NCBI RefSeq assembly: GCF_036321535.1
Contig: NC_087437.1
Span: 53,446,001 to 53,510,000 of the forward strand
Origin: Camelus dromedarius
Lineage: Eukaryota
DNA: 64,000 bases
Reading direction: 5' to 3'
Part shown: piece by piece, positions 63,073 through 64,000 of the stretch
Layout: the number at the start of each line of letters is the position of its first letter
Numbering within the stretch: position 1 is the stretch's first letter
Program-made: the position numbers and the translations under genes
The notes under the pieces: generated by a model
Database searches by the model: none
Seen by the model: only the letters and a program-made list of their open reading frames with translations
What the model was told of the DNA's origin: nothing

Positions 63073-64000
63073 GTCTCTAGCTCTGAACAGGGTCTTTGGC
63101 AGAGCAAAAGTTTTCATTGTGGTGAGGTCTCATTTACCATCCTTTTCTGGAATGGCTCAGGCCTTTGGTGTCATGTGTAAGAAATCTTTGCCTGGCTCTC
63201 AGTCCCTGTATTAGTTTCCCAGGGTTGCCATAACAATGCACCACAAGCTCGATGACTTAAAGAAGAAAAACTTATTTTTACCTCCTACTGTGGCAGAATA
63301 TTTAATTTTCAGGTATGTTCTTTCCTGTTATCTCTCTAAATATAATAATTATACTTATATTTTTAAGTTTTACCCCCTCTCCTTTTTTTTTTTTTATGCT
63401 ATTAGTTGGGTGTAAATTGGGTGTAAATTCTTCTATTCATTAAAGTTGTGGCTTATGTCAGATCCCATCTGTTGGTACTTAGCCTTATATCCACTTTTCT
63501 GTATCCCCTTTGTATTCCTGAAGCTGGGTGTCTCAAATGACCTATCCTAGACTCCCTTGCTGGATCAGTTCCAGTTAGACTCCACAAATGGGAGGCAATC
63601 ATGCAAGACTGAAGGGGGAGAAAGGGAGAAGCTATGGTGTTTCAGGCTGTGCCCCTGGGCAGTGTCAGTGGCCAGGCTCCTTCTCAGGGCAGTTGTGGAG
63701 GCTCCAGCAGCACAGGCAGGGTGTGCAGGTGCACAGCCCAGGGGCAGCAGCCACTTCCTGATCTCTGGGCAATGTCATCTCCCTCCCTTTGCATCTCCAG
63801 CCTTTCCAAAGTGATTGTGGGAAATTCCTTGACTAGTTACAGTATTTTGATATGATGAGTGGTCCAACATCACAGGCTCTCAAAGATACAAGTCTAGGGT
63901 TGCTTATCTGAACAGGCCTCCCTCCCAGTGGAAGCGGATTATTGTTAGTTCAAAGTACGATACTTAAAATTAGTATCTGAGTTTGCCTTGGATGGAGTAC

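Overview
Mammalian genomic DNA, probably camelid judging by the tRNA-derived Vic-1-like SINEs (inference), from the KNG1-EIF4A2-RFC4 block that is syntenic with human 3q27. The window holds: (1) the 3' half of KNG1 on +, exons 6-11, with bradykinin and both the HMW and LMW kininogen endings; (2) a repeat-rich intergenic region; (3) the complete EIF4A2 gene on + (11 coding exons, 1224 nt, 407 aa), hosting SNORD2, two SNORA63 copies, SNORA81/MIR1248, SNORA4 and a poison exon; (4) the complete RFC4 CDS on - (10 coding exons, 1095 nt, 364 aa), tail-to-tail with EIF4A2. The main unexplained signals are a heavily decayed protein-kinase-like relic on - at about 30690-31910, with motif fragments in canonical subdomain order; an orphan CpG island followed by a strand-biased TAGTT-rich tract at 56.5-58.8 kb; a polyadenylated 3'-UTR retrocopy nested in an LTR at 14.3-14.65 kb; and a homogenised 30-nt coding repeat in kininogen domain 5. 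Exon numbers follow the human genes. Repeat family names come from recall, not from a database search.
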